Assembly: GCA_013265495.1 (NCBI GenBank) | Contig: MU057700.1 | Span: 186,001 to 250,000, forward strand | Length of the DNA stretch: 64,000 nucleotides | Source: Vicugna vicugna | Taxonomy: Eukaryota | Direction: 5' to 3' | Shown here: piece by piece, positions 13,370-25,597 of the stretch | Layout of the letters: each line of letters starts with the position of its first letter | Numbering within the stretch: the stretch's first letter is position 1 | The notes under the pieces: model-generated | What the model was told of the DNA's origin: nothing | What the model saw: only the letters and a program-made list of their open reading frames with translations | Database searches by the model: none | Position numbers and translations under genes: made by a program

Positions 13370-15290
13370 ATAGCTTTATTGAGATATAATTTACATACCA
13401 TAGAATTCACACATGTAAAGTGTACAATTCAATGTTTTTTGATATGTTGTTATTATTAATCTTTAAAAACTGGGGTAAAGTACTTAACATAAAATTAGTC
13501 ATTTAAACTATTTTAAAGTATACAATTCAGTTGCATTAATTACATTCACAGTGCTGTGCAACCTTCACCATTACCTATTCCCAAACAGAAACTCTGTATC
13601 CATTAAACAAAAAATCCCCATCTTTTTCCCAGACCCTGGTAATCTACCTTCAGTCTCTATGAATTTGCTTATTCTGGACACCTCATATAGTAGAATCATA
13701 CAGTATTTGCGCTTTTGTGTCTAGCTGATTTCAGCTTACTTTCAAGGTTTACCCACATTGCAATATGTATCAGAACTACATTCCTTTGTATGAATAATAT
13801 TTCATGTCTGTATATAATACACTTTGTTTATCCATTCATTTGTTGCAAGCTTGTGTTGTTTTCATCTTTTGGCTTCTGAGAATAATGCTATGAACACTGG
13901 GATACAAATATCTGTTCCAGTCCCCGCTTCCAATTCCTTTGGGGTGAGTGACTAGGAGCAGGAGTGTTGAGTCATAGTAATTCCATGTTTAGCTTTTGAG
14001 GAACTGCCAAACTGTTCTCCACAGCAGCTGCACCATTTTAACATTCCCAGCAGCAATCTACGAGAGTTCCAATATCTGTGCTCTTGGTATCTAATCCAAA
14101 AAATAATTGCCAAATCCAATGTAATGAAGATTTCACATATGTTTTCTTCTTAGAGTTTTATAGTTTCAGCTCTTATCTTTGGGTCTTTGATCCATTTTAA
14201 TTTTTTTACATGGCATTAGGTAAAGATTCAGCTTCATTCTTTAACATGTGAACATCCAGCTTCTTTTGTTGAAAAGACTATCCTATCTCCAGTGAATGAT
14301 CTTGGCACCCTTGTCAAAAATCACTTGATCATATATGAGGGAGTTTATTTCTGGGCTCTCTATTCTATTCCATCGGTCTAAATGTCTGTCTTTAGGCCAG
14401 AACTCTACTGTTTTGATTACTGTGGCTTTGTAATTGGCTTGAAATCAGAAACTGTGAGACCTCCAGCTTTGTCCTTTTTCAAGATTGTTTTGGTTACTTG
14501 GGTCCTTTGATATTCTATATAAATTTTAGGACTTTAAAAAATTCTGTAAAAAATACCATTGGGATTTTGACTGAGAGCGCACTGATTCTGTAGATCATTT
14601 TGGATATGATTGTCATTGAACAATATTAGGTCTTCCAATCAGTGAACATGGGATATCTTTTCATTTATTTATGTCTTCTTTAATTTCTTTCAGTAACATT
14701 TTGCAGTTTTCAGTATATTAATCTTTAAGCTCCTTGGTCAAAATTATTCCTAAGAATTTTACTCTTTTTGATGCTACTATAAATCAATTAAATGTTTTCT
14801 TTTGTTTACTGTGAGTAGATAGAAATACAACTGATTTTTGTTTACTGATTTTATATATATCTATATCTATATATCTATATATCTATATATATCTATATAT
14901 CTCCTATGATTTTTCTGAATCATTTATTCACTCTAACACTGTGTGTGTGTGTGTGTCCCTTCCTTTGGGTTCTCTACATATAAGATCTGTGAATGGAGAT
15001 AATTTTCCTTTCCAATTTGGATGCCTATTATTTCTTCTTCATGCTTGATTGCTCTGGCTAAAACTTCTAGCCCTATGTTGAATAGAAGTGATAAGAATGG
15101 ATATCCTTGCTTTGTTTCTAATCTTATAGGAAAAGCTTTCAGTCTTTCACCATTGAGTATGATGTCAGCTATGGGTTTTCCATATATGACCTTTGTTAGG
15201 TTGAAGTTGTTTCCTTTTATTCCTATTTTGCTGGGCTCTTTTTTCATGAAAGGGAGTTGAATTTTGTCAAATGTATGACATCTCATGTCA
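13370..15290 (-). mobile_element. Old L1 (L1MA/MB-like) 3' end and ORF2 fragment
   Basis: ORF 14933-15286 resembles L1 RT (IILNGERLKAFPIRLETKQGYPFLSLLFNIGLEVLARAI); L1M 3' UTR motifs near 13370-13700. Confidence 0.85.
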
Positions 15291-17258
15291 ATAGAATATC
15301 ACTGGATCTTTTTTACTTTATCCAGTCTGAGATGTTTATTGTTTTAATGGGAGAATGTACCCCAGGCATCTACTGTGATTGAAGATGTGCCTGGCTTGAT
15401 TCCTGCCAGTTCATTTCGTTCTTCCAATTCCCACTCTATTTTGGTGGTTTTACATTTTCTTTTCCTTGCCTTTTGTTATACTGGTTTATTTACCATTATA
15501 CCAATTTATATACTGATTAAATTTACTCTATTTATTTTGTTCTCTGACAAATATTTTAAGTCATGGGAGAATAATATAATCCTTAAATTTTAATCTCCTG
15601 GTGTAATTCTTAAAATTTTAACATATTGCTAAACTTTTTTTCTATTGATGCCTAACATTGATCTCTACTTCTATTTTCTTCCCAAACAAAACAAAATTCT
15701 CAGCAGAGTATTCTCTACCTCAGCCCCCTCTATCATTTCCCATAAAATTATGACCTAGTATTTTTCCAGATTATTATACTTAATATGTATATTTAGTATA
15801 CATATTATGTATTTAGTCACATATGTATATTACAATCTGTACCTATTTCATGTTAAAATTATTCTCTCCATAGCTTCTAGTATTATTTTCCTTCCTCCTA
15901 TATCTATTTTGCATTCTGCTAGAATATACCTTTTCATAATTGTTTCCCACAGTTTATGGGTAATAAAAGTTATAGGTACCTGTATATCTGAAAACTTTAA
16001 AAATTATTCTTTACATAAAGATTTCTCTATGAACAGAAATCTGTATTTTAAATTATTCTTATTCAGGGTTTTGCAGGTCCTGTTCCACATAGGTTGCATA
16101 AATGTGGAAAAGGAGATGCTTTATGAATATTTCTTTCTTGTTCATTTGGATAAACTTTTTAAAATTTTAAATCTCTGAAAGTTTTAGGTATCTTCCTTTA
16201 TTCTTGGAAGTCTGAGATTTCACTGAGATACTGGATGGATGTATATGTATGTGTGTGTGTGTGGTTTAGAGTTTTATTGAGTTATAGTTTATGTACCATC
16301 AAATTCAATCATTTTGTGTGTACAATTCAATGATTTTTAAAGGTTGTGTAACCATTACCACAATCCAATTCTGAAATTTCTTTTTTTAAAGTTTAAAAAA
16401 TTTGATTTTTTCTAACGAGGCAAGACTCTTTTATTTTTTGGGCTTTGTTTAGAAGAAAATAGTGCCACATTGGTTTATTATATCTTGTTTAGAACCATTC
16501 TGGACAAAGAAAAAGCAGTCTACACAACTCTGAAAAGAACAAACATGTTTGGCTTTTAAGAATGCTAAAGGAAAGTCACTTGAAAATTTAAAGCTCTCCT
16601 CGTTTTTGAGCATCTGGTATTATAAAGCAAAATACATTCCTTTGTTCATGAAGCTTTTTTTTCTGTAGAATAAAATTAGGAAGGTAATAGGAAAGGAAGC
16701 AATACTTGGGTCATATTAAAGTAAGGATAGTTGACTAATGTCATGATTTAAAAACTATTAACAGGGATCAAGAAGTTTAAAAAAATAAAAGGGTAATTAA
16801 GCTATTGAATTATACTAAAAAAGAAATGTGGCAGATTCTGGCATTTGTTAATGTTTCTGTAAGAGCCTGCATCATAAAACTGAACTGTAAAATTATTTTC
16901 TATATATAATATATAGGACACAAAATGAATTTTTAGCAAACGTTAGGAAATTCTTTTGTTATAAATTACCCAGATTTTATAAACAAATCCCCCCTAACTT
17001 GGATTTTGTTTAAAGTAGTATCTTTAGATCATACAAATAAATGTCTAGTATGAAAAGTGCATTATTGCAGCAATACCTCTTTGCAAGTCCAAAATTCTTG
17101 GTTTGTAATAAAACTGTAAAGAATTTTTTAAAAAAGGGAGTAAAACCATCAGTGCCATTTATTGAAGTCCAACATCTTAAAATGTTGTTCAACAAGTTGC
17201 AGAGAAACACGCCTGGCAGCAACATGTAACTGAAGAGAAACTACTTGTGCTTTTTTTG

Positions 17259-17290
<32 letters not shown>

Positions 17291-17743
17291 TTACCATTTT
17301 ACATTATTACTGTCTCTAGTATTTCCTCCTCCTCAAATAGAAATTCGCATCCTCTATAAGGGTGCTCTTGATTCAGCCACTCTGTGCAGTCACCACTCGC
17401 ATGCTTCGAAAATCACCTTTCTTCTTCATGTGTTCTCTTCAAACTGCCTGTGATGCCAGAAGGAATAGATAACGACCTTTCTGTCTGAAATGGCAACATC
17501 ACCTGTATTGTTAATTTTGCTAGATAAATGGATTCATATTCCTGAAGATGATGGACAAATCCTGCATTAGAATTAATACAAAATCTTCTTTCTTGAATGT
17601 AGGCAAATGCACCTCTGTACTTCATTCCAAATGTTTCCACAATGCATGCGGAAACAAAGGCAGCATTCCTGGAGATCCCTGCATTCCCATGGACGAGAAC
17701 TTTTCCTCCACTTTGGGAAAGCCCATCAATAAATTCTTCACTC

Positions 17744-17802
17744 AGCGGGGAGAGGATAGCTCAAGTGGTAGAGGTCCTGGGTTCAATCCCTGGTACCTCC
17801 AC

Positions 17803-17859
<57 letters not shown>

Positions 17860-17897
17860 AAAAAATAAATTACTCCCCCCAAAATTAAAAAAAAAAC
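17744..17897 (+). mobile_element. Vic-1-type tRNA SINE with (TAAA)n tail inserted in the STYX pseudogene CDS
   Basis: gatagctcaagtggtagaggtcctgggttcaatccctggtacctcca followed by (TAAA)n; TSD aaattcttcactc (17731-17743) / aaattcatcattc (17898-17910). Confidence 0.88.
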
Positions 17898-18145
17898 AAA
17901 TTCATCATTCGGGGGAAAAACATATTTTATTTTCAACTGGATTTTCTGCAATATCCAAGACTAAATATCTAAATAATTATTGAAAGTTAGGCTTAAAAAT
18001 TTTGCTTCAATATTTTGTCTTATATGTATTATATGAGTTATGCCATGTTTCTGTAATATAGGTAGCTTGCTTTTCATAGCAGAAGACCTAGAAACAGTCC
18101 AGGTAAAATTTCCTACACCTCTCCTCTCATAGGGTAGGTCCATTC

Positions 18146-18457
18146 CATATGATCCAACAATCCCACTCCTGGGCATATAGCCAGCGAAAACTACTATTTG
18201 AAAAGATACATGCACCCCAATGTTCACAGCAGCACTATATACAATGGCCAAGTCATGGAAACAACCTAAATGTCCATTGACAGAGGACTGGATAAAGAAG
18301 TTGTGGTACAGTTATACAATGGAATACTACTTAGCCATAAAAAGAATAAAATAATGCCATTTGCAGCAACATGGATGGACCTGGAGATTGTTATTCTAAG
18401 TGAAGCAAGCCAGAAAGAGAAAGAAAAATACCATATAACATCACTCGTATTTGGAAT
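18146..18457 (+). mobile_element. 312-bp L1 ORF2 3'-terminal segment, antisense to STYX, with splice-site-defined ends (captured exonized L1)
   Basis: Homologous to the L1s at 1053-1623 and 20396-20708; no 3' UTR, poly(A) or TSD; ends coincide with the L1 antisense acceptor and donor. Confidence 0.9.
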
Positions 18458-20059
18458 CTTGGTGTCTTCTTTGCACTGTGGGAGCAAGGGGAACTCCAGC
18501 TTCAGGTCCTCCAAGGTCCTGGTCTGCAGGCTTGTGGATGGGGTGGGCTGGGAGTGGGAATTATCTGGCAGCCTGACCCTCGGACTGGCAGTGGCAGTGA
18601 GAGGAAGCAGGGCAGGTAGACTGGAGGAATGAAGGGTAGGCAGCAGGCTTACAGTTAAAACATGCAGATTAAAGGGTCCCAGCAACTCCAGCAACAGCCA
18701 GGAAGAGGAGGGTTGGGAGGTTCATTCCCAGCCACCGTGCTGCTCGTCTCCCCATCCCCGCCCCCAGTCTCCACACCCATCAGGCCACCCCCAGTTCTGA
18801 AATTTCCATCACCACCCCCTCAAAACATCCTTTATGTCAATCTGCAGTAAATTACTAATCCTACTCCCAGCCCTAGGCAGTCACTACTCTACTTTCTGTC
18901 TATAGATTTGCCTTTTCTGGGCATTTAATACAAATTGTCATAAAACATGTGGTCTTTTGTTTCTGGTTTCTTTCACTTAGCATAATGTTTTCAAGGTTTA
19001 TCTTTGTTGTAGCATGTATCTCTACTTCATTACTTTTTGTTGCCAAATAATATTTCTTTGTATGGATACACTATTTTATCAGTTTACTAGTTGATGGACT
19101 TGTTGGCTATTATGAATAATGCTGCCATAGACATTTGCATTCACATCTTTGTGTGGAGATAGGTTTTCACTTATCTTGGGTAGATACCTAAGAGTGGAAT
19201 TGCTTGGATCATATGGTGAATTTACATTTACCTTTTTAAAAAAGAACCGAAGTGTTTTTCCAAAGTAGTTTCATCGGTCATATTTCATAAGCAATGTGTG
19301 AGTGTTCCAGTTTCCCCACATTCTCACCAAAATCTTGTATGGATGGCCTTTTTATTTTTTTTAATCATAGCCATGCTAGTAGTTGGCAAACATATCTCAC
19401 AGTGGTTTTGATTTGCATATCCCTAAATGACTAAGAATGTTGAACATCTTTTCATTTGCTTATTAATACTTCCTGCATATTCTCTGGTGAAGTACCTCTT
19501 CAAATACTTTGCCTATTTAAAATTTAAAATTAAAAACTCATTTGCTAATTTGTAAGAGATATTTATATATTCTGAATACAAGTCTTTTAGCAGATATATA
19601 ATTTACAAATATTTTCTCCCTGTTTCTGGCTTGATTTTAATTTTCTTAATCATGTCTTTTGAAGTGTAAAAGATTAAAATTTTGAAGCCTAATTTATTTG
19701 TTTATCTTTGGTTGCTTGTGCTTTAGTGTCACATCTAAGAAACCATTGTTTAATCCAAAGTCATGATGATTACACCTGTTTGCTTCTATATAAATTTTGC
19801 TCTTACATTGAATTTTCAGATCTATTTTCAGTTAATTTTGATGTATGGTGTGAGGTAGGGTTTAACTCCATTCTCTTACATGTGACTATTGAGTTGTCTC
19901 AGCACCATTTGTTGATAAGACTATTCTTTCCTCCATCGAATTGTCTTGGCAACCTTTTCAAAATCAATCGCTCATAAATGTGGTGGTTTATTTTTGGACT
20001 CTCAATTCTATTGCATTGATCTTGTTCTCTCTATGCCTTTGTGCTGGTATCACACTCTT

Positions 20060-21462
20060 TTTTTTTTTTACATTTTTTTATTGATTTATAATCATTTTAC
20101 AATGTTGTGTCAAATTTCAGTGTTCAGCACAATTTTTCAGTCATTCATGGACATATACACACTCATTGTCACATTTTTTTCTCTGTGATTTATCATAACA
20201 TTTTGTGTATATTTCCCTGTGCTATACAGTGTAATCTTGTTTATCTATTCTACAATTTCGAAATCCCAGTCTATCCCTTCCCACCCTCTACCCCCCTGGT
20301 AACCACAAGTCTGTATTCTCTGTCCATGAGTCTATTTCTGTCCTGTATTTATGCTTTGTTTTTGTTTGTTTGTTTGTTTTTGTTTTTGTTTTTTGATTCC
20401 ACATATGAGCGATCTCATATGGTATTTTTCTTTCTCTTTCTGGCTTACTTCACTTAGAATGACATTCTCTAGGAGCATCCATGTTGCTGCAAATGGCATT
20501 ATGTTGTCGGTTTTTATGGCTGAGTAGTATTCCATTGTATAAATATACCACCTCTTCTTTATCCAGTCACCTGTTGATGGACATTTAGGCTGTTTCCATG
20601 TTTTGGCTATTGTAAATAGTGCTGCTATGAACATTGGGGTGCAGGTGTCATCCTGAAGTAGATTTCCTTCTGGATACAAGCCCAGGAGTGGGATTCCTGG
20701 GTCATATGGTAAGTCTATTCCTAGTCTTTTGAGGAATCTCCACACTGTTTTCCATAGTGGCTGCACCAAACTGCATTCCCACCAGCAGTGTAGGAGGGTT
20801 CCCCTTTCTCCACAGCCTCTCCAGCATTTGTCATTTTTGGATTTTTGAATGACGGCCATTCTGACTGGTGTGAGGTGATACCTCATTGTAGTTTTGATTT
20901 GCATTTCTCTGATAATTAGTGATATTGAACATTTTTTCATGTGCTTTTTGATCATTTGTATGTCTTCCTTGGAGAATTGCTTGTTTAGGTCTTCTGCCCA
21001 TTTTTGGATTGGGTTGTTTATTTTTTTCTTATTGAGTCGTATGAGCTGCTTATATATTTTGGAGATCAAGCCTTTGTCGGTTTCACTTGCAAAAATTTTC
21101 TCCCATTCCGTAGGTTTTCTTCTTGTTTTATTTCTGGTTTCCTTTGCTCTGCAGAAGCTTGTAAGTTTCATTAGGTCCCATTTGTTTATTCTTGCTTTTA
21201 TTTCTTCTAGGAGAAAATTTTTGAAATGTATGTCAGATAATGTTTTGCCTATGTTTTCCTCTAGGAGGTTTATTGTATCTTGTCTTATGTTTAAGTCTTT
21301 AATCCATTTTGAGTTGATTTTTGTATATGGTGTAAGGGTGTGTTCTAGCTTCATTGTTTTACATGCTGCTGTCCAGTTTTCCCAACACCATTTGCTGAAG
21401 AGACTGTCTTTATTCCATTGTATATTCTTGCCTCCTTTGTCGAAGATTAGTTGACCAAAGGT
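20060..21462 (-). mobile_element. Young 5'-truncated L1 with an open 340-aa ORF2 C-terminal fragment
   Basis: ORF 20332-21354 includes the CCHC region ([18 protein letters not shown]); poly(T) at ~20060; 10-bp TSD tcacactctt at 20050-20059 and 21463-21472. Confidence 0.95.
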
Positions 21463-21854
21463 TCACACTCTTGATTATTGTAGATTTGTAGTAAGTTTTG
21501 AAGCCAGAAAGTGTAAGTCCTCCAACTTTGTTCTTTTTCAAGGTTGTTTTAGTTATTCTGGTTTCCTTGAATTTTCATATGAATTTTCAGATCTGCTTGT
21601 CAATTTCTTCAAAGCTTATACCTGGGATTTTGATAAAGACTGCTTTGAATCTATAGGTTAATTTGGGGAGTATTGCCATCTTAACAATATTCAGTCTCCC
21701 CATCACAAACATGGGATACCTCTCCATTTATTTTAGTCTTCTTTACTGTCTTCCAATTATGTTTATAATTTTCAGTGTACAGGTCTTACACTTCTTTTGT
21801 TAACTTTATTCATAGATATTTTTTATCACTTTTGATGAGAGTATAAATAGAGTT

Positions 21855-22281
21855 TGTTACAGGTTGAATTACATCTCCCCAAATATATGTTAGAGTCCTA
21901 ACCAACCTTGTCCCCTGCCCAGTACTTCAGAATGTGACCTTATTTGGAGATACGGTATTTTACAGAGGTAATCAAGTTAAAATGAGATCATTAGGGTGGG
22001 CCTTTAATCCAATATGATTGTGCCCTTATAAGAAAGGGAAATTTGGACATAGACATGCACACAGTGAGTGCACCATGTGAGGACGGGAGCTGTACTGTGA
22101 CAAGCCACGGAACTACTGGAAGCTGGGAGAGGGGCCAGGAATATGTCCTTCCCTCAACAGCCCTTAGAAGAAACCAAACCTGCCAACACTTTTACCTTAG
22201 ACTTCCAGCCTCCAGAACTGTGAGACAACATAACACCTAATTTGTGGCATGTTGTTATGGCAGCTCTCGCAAACTAACACA
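21855..22281 (+). mobile_element. MaLR solo LTR (MLT1B-like)
   Basis: TG...CA termini; 'cagaatgtgaccttatttggaga' and 'gacttccagcctccagaactgtgagacaa'; 5-bp TSD gagtt/gaatt. Confidence 0.85.
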
Positions 22282-23079
22282 GAATTGTTTTCTTAATTTT
22301 ATTTTCAGATTCTTTCTTGCTGATGTATAGAAATACAGCTGCTTACATACTGATCTTGTACCCTGAAATCTTGCTGAACTTGTTTATTAGCTCCAATTGT
22401 GTGTGTGTGTGTGTGTGTGTATTCCTTAAAATTTTCTATATACTGGAGTGTGTTTTCTGCAAATAGAGTTTTACTTCCTCCTTTCTAATCTGGATGCCTT
22501 CAATATATGTAATTGAATATTTTTCTGGCTTCCTACTCAGTCGCCTCTCTCTGTGGATATTAATTATACTTATTCTAAAGTCTTTTCAGTTTGCTCAATT
22601 AACTCCAGGTCCCTGAATGTCGATTTCCACTGGACGTGTTGATTTCCTCTTTTGTGATATTTGTTTTCCTTTGGTGTGTCTTAAATCACAGGAACATGTG
22701 ACTGTGCACTCATCCCTGCCTTTGCCGCTTCCTGTTTACCCCTGTATGAATGTTCCATTTCTTCCTGCAGTCTCCTGTCCAAGGAACGCGAGGGGCTGGG
22801 GCAAAACTTACGGTTAGTCACGAGCCCCAGGGATGGAGGATTCTCGACTGGGGCTGCTTGGCCTCCTGGGAGTTGCCCCAGGCTCTGTCCAAATGCTCAC
22901 ACTTACTGCCCCTGTCCTGGAGCAAGTGAAAGAGGACAAAGGGCCTAACCCCCCACTTACTGCCCCGATAGTCCCGAATCCCCACTCCTCAGTAGCCCCA
23001 GGCCCCTCTGCTCTGTCTCCATCTTCTCAGAGCCTCCAATACAATCCACTTTTCACAGTGGTTCTCTCCTGATACATTT

Positions 23080-23309
23080 TTTTAAAGTTTTATTTATTTT
23101 TTTCCATTTTTTAAATTGAAATATCATCAGTTTACAATGTTGTGTCAGTCTCCGGTGTACAGCATAGTGTTTCAGTCATACACAGACATATATCCTTTTT
23201 CCTATTCTTTTTCACTCTAGGTTACTGCAAACTATTGAATATAGTTCCCTGTGCTATACAGAAGAAACTTGTTTATCTATGCTACATATAGTAGTTAGCA
23301 TCTACAAAT
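23080..23309 (-). mobile_element. Short L1 3' UTR insertion
   Basis: T-rich tail followed by antisense L1 3' UTR 'tttacaatgttgtgtcagtctccggtgtacagc'. Confidence 0.75.
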
Positions 23310-23999
23310 CTGATAAAGTTTTTTGACTAAGATATTTTTTATTCCATAAATTTGTGGCCACAAGAGATTAGAAGGCTGACCTTGTCAGTTTCATCCTCTC
23401 ATCTGTAAAATGGGTATACTATTCCTCTCTCAAAACATCAAAATGGGAATGAACACAGGGCAAATTTCAGACAGCACCTGAGCTTTAAGGTGCAGTCAGA
23501 TATCCAAGGCTACCCCCATTGCCTCACCGCAAGCAAGTTTAGAAAGGGGCGGGGGCCAGAGTCTGTGGGAACTCAGGGAACTCATGGGAGCAGGAAAGGC
23601 CAAGCAAGCACTGTCCCACTCTGGCTCTGCCCCCTTGAGATTTCCAGAGATTCAACAAACTTTGCTACCTTTGCTGGCAGTGCCCATATGATGGATGCCC
23701 AAGCCCATGCTGGTGGCCAGATGATGGATGCTCATTTTCAGCTGGCAAGGCTCAGGGCTGTGACTGTGAATGTGCATTGTTGGCACATATGCCCCTATAC
23801 CTGGTTCACGTGGGTACCCTGGCACAGACACACACATACCATACATGCACGCCCACGGGCACACACACAGAAGCACATGCTGTCCTCTGCCTGTATTGAT
23901 CTCTGTTTCTTGATCTTTTCCTGTCCCTTTCCCACTCTTTCTCAAGGAATCTTCTCTTCCTCTATCTGTCTGTCTCCTTTTCTGTTATCTCAGCCTCAG

Positions 24000-24004
24000 T
24001 TTTC

Positions 24005-24082
<78 letters not shown>

Positions 24083-24118
24083 TTCCTTCCTTCCTTCCTT
24101 CCTTCCTTCCTTCCTTTA

Positions 24119-24190
<72 letters not shown>

Positions 24191-24204
24191 TTTCTTTCTT
24201 TCTC
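24000..24204. repeat. Compound (TTTC)n/(TTCC)n microsatellite
   Basis: About 200 bp of almost pure pyrimidine tetranucleotide repeats. Confidence 0.98.
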
Positions 24205-25575
24205 ATCAGCCATCAGCTGTGCTGCAGGCAGAGTAGTGGAGATCAATTCAACACCAGTCACAACGGCCCCAGAGCACGAGAGCCGAGGCTGAAGCTGCCC
24301 ACCTGCCCTGTCTGAGGATGACTGGTCATGGGGTGTGCAAATCAGGACCAACAGCCCACTGCAGTGAGCTCACAGCACACAGACACTGCTGCCCTGGGAT
24401 GAGGCCCAGGGTGCCACCCCAGAACACCTCATCTTCCATCCCTCATCTCCTGGGCAGGGGTTCATGGGCCACCCCTGGAGGGACAGCTGTGGTTCCAGTC
24501 CTGGGGTCACCAGAGGAAGCCCTGCTGGTCCAACCTGGAAGAATGACTAGGGGTCTGGCTATGAACCACTTAAGCCCAGGTAAGCAGCCTCATGATGGAT
24601 GGGGATGAGCCTGTTGCTGGGGGGCCTGGGCTCTGCCTGATCCCTGCCACCTCCTCCTCTGTGAAATAGCTGCCTATTTTCCCTGTGGCATGTGACCTGT
24701 GGGATGTGAGTGTTACAGGACCTGAGTGGCCAACTAAGCAAGCACAAGGGCTTCCCTGCATTTCCTACTTCTGAGCTAATTTTCTCCAGTCATTCATTCA
24801 TTCATTCGTTCAGCCTGCCATGCACATTGGGGTTGCAGCAAAACGATCCAGCCCTGCCTTTTGAAAGCTGTTTCCTCCTCCATGCAGCCCGGCATCCTCG
24901 CTTCTCTGGGAGCCTTTAGCTTATGGGCCCTTCAGCCCAGAGCCCATTGTCTGCTTCCTTGAAACTGACATTTAAGAGGAGATAAATCAGAAGGATGGAG
25001 AAAACTTTCTAATCAGTTGTGATCTGTTAAGATTAAAGACAAATATTGTTAACAGAAGCACCCACATAGGAGCTTTTTATCTACATTAGAGCTTTTTATC
25101 CAGATGAGGAATTAGTCATTTAATCTGTGAGGAGGGGCAGAAGTTGGAGTTTGACAAACACATCAACCTCCAGAAAGACAAGAACACTCAACTCTTTTTC
25201 TCCCTCCATTAGCAGAAGACGCCTCCTTCTATGTGCGGCTCTCCTTTTTCTAGTGGAGAAAGGAGTGGGGAAGGGAGAAGGGGAAATAGGAAGGGGGCAT
25301 TCTCAGACCATCAGTGTCCTGGTTGGTGCTGGTTCAGGAGCCTGGGAGCTGAGGGAAGCAGGTGGTGTGGCCCACGGGTCTCCATGTCCTTCCTCTTCAA
25401 GAACCAACCATCTCCTCTCCCTGTGCACCACGTGGGAGGCAGGGAGGGAACTGCACTTCTTGAGAAATGCTGTCAGCCTCCAGGCAGTTATCACTCTCAA
25501 ATGAATGTTTCCATGATCAAAACCCAGTCTTGAAGAGCTTGCCATTATGGACCAGTTAAACATGTGTTGGGAAAA

Positions 25576-25597
25576 GTGTGTGTGTGTGTGTGTGTGT
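25576..25597. repeat. (TG)n microsatellite
   Basis: Direct observation; similar runs at ~22398-22420 and ~14939-14955. Confidence 0.95.

Larger units (their letters stand above)
16381..18790 (-). pseudogene. STYX: Processed pseudogene of STYX (catalytically inactive dual-specificity phosphatase)
   Basis: Intronless peptides (T)LEDLKLEFPLLPQCKEDTK / EWTYPMR / SAMKSKLPILQKHGITHII / VHGNAGISR / ETFGMKYRGAFAYIQERRFCINSNAGFVHHLQEYE match STYX. ATG is mutated to TTG (18512-18514), with a premature TAG (18113-18115), frameshifts and the native TGA at 17373-17375. ~1 kb 3' UTR, AATAAA at 16430-16435, degenerate A tail. 16-bp TSD ccaattctgaaatttc (16365-16380) / ccagttctgaaatttc (18791-18806). Confidence 0.95.
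16270..22500 (-). mobile_element. Old L1MB-like element hosting the STYX retrocopy, a young L1 and an MLT1 LTR
   Basis: The L1M 3' end at 16270-16380 continues seamlessly at 18807, again after 21472, and again after ~22286 once the TSD-flanked inserts are removed. Confidence 0.75.

Noticed and set aside
20332..21354. 340-aa ORF as a host gene
   Set aside because: It is the C-terminal part of L1 ORF2 in a 5'-truncated, TSD-flanked insertion with no promoter and no EN or RT core.
23490..24351. 248-aa and KERK-repeat ORFs
   Set aside because: Artefacts of the stop-free (TTTC)n microsatellite.
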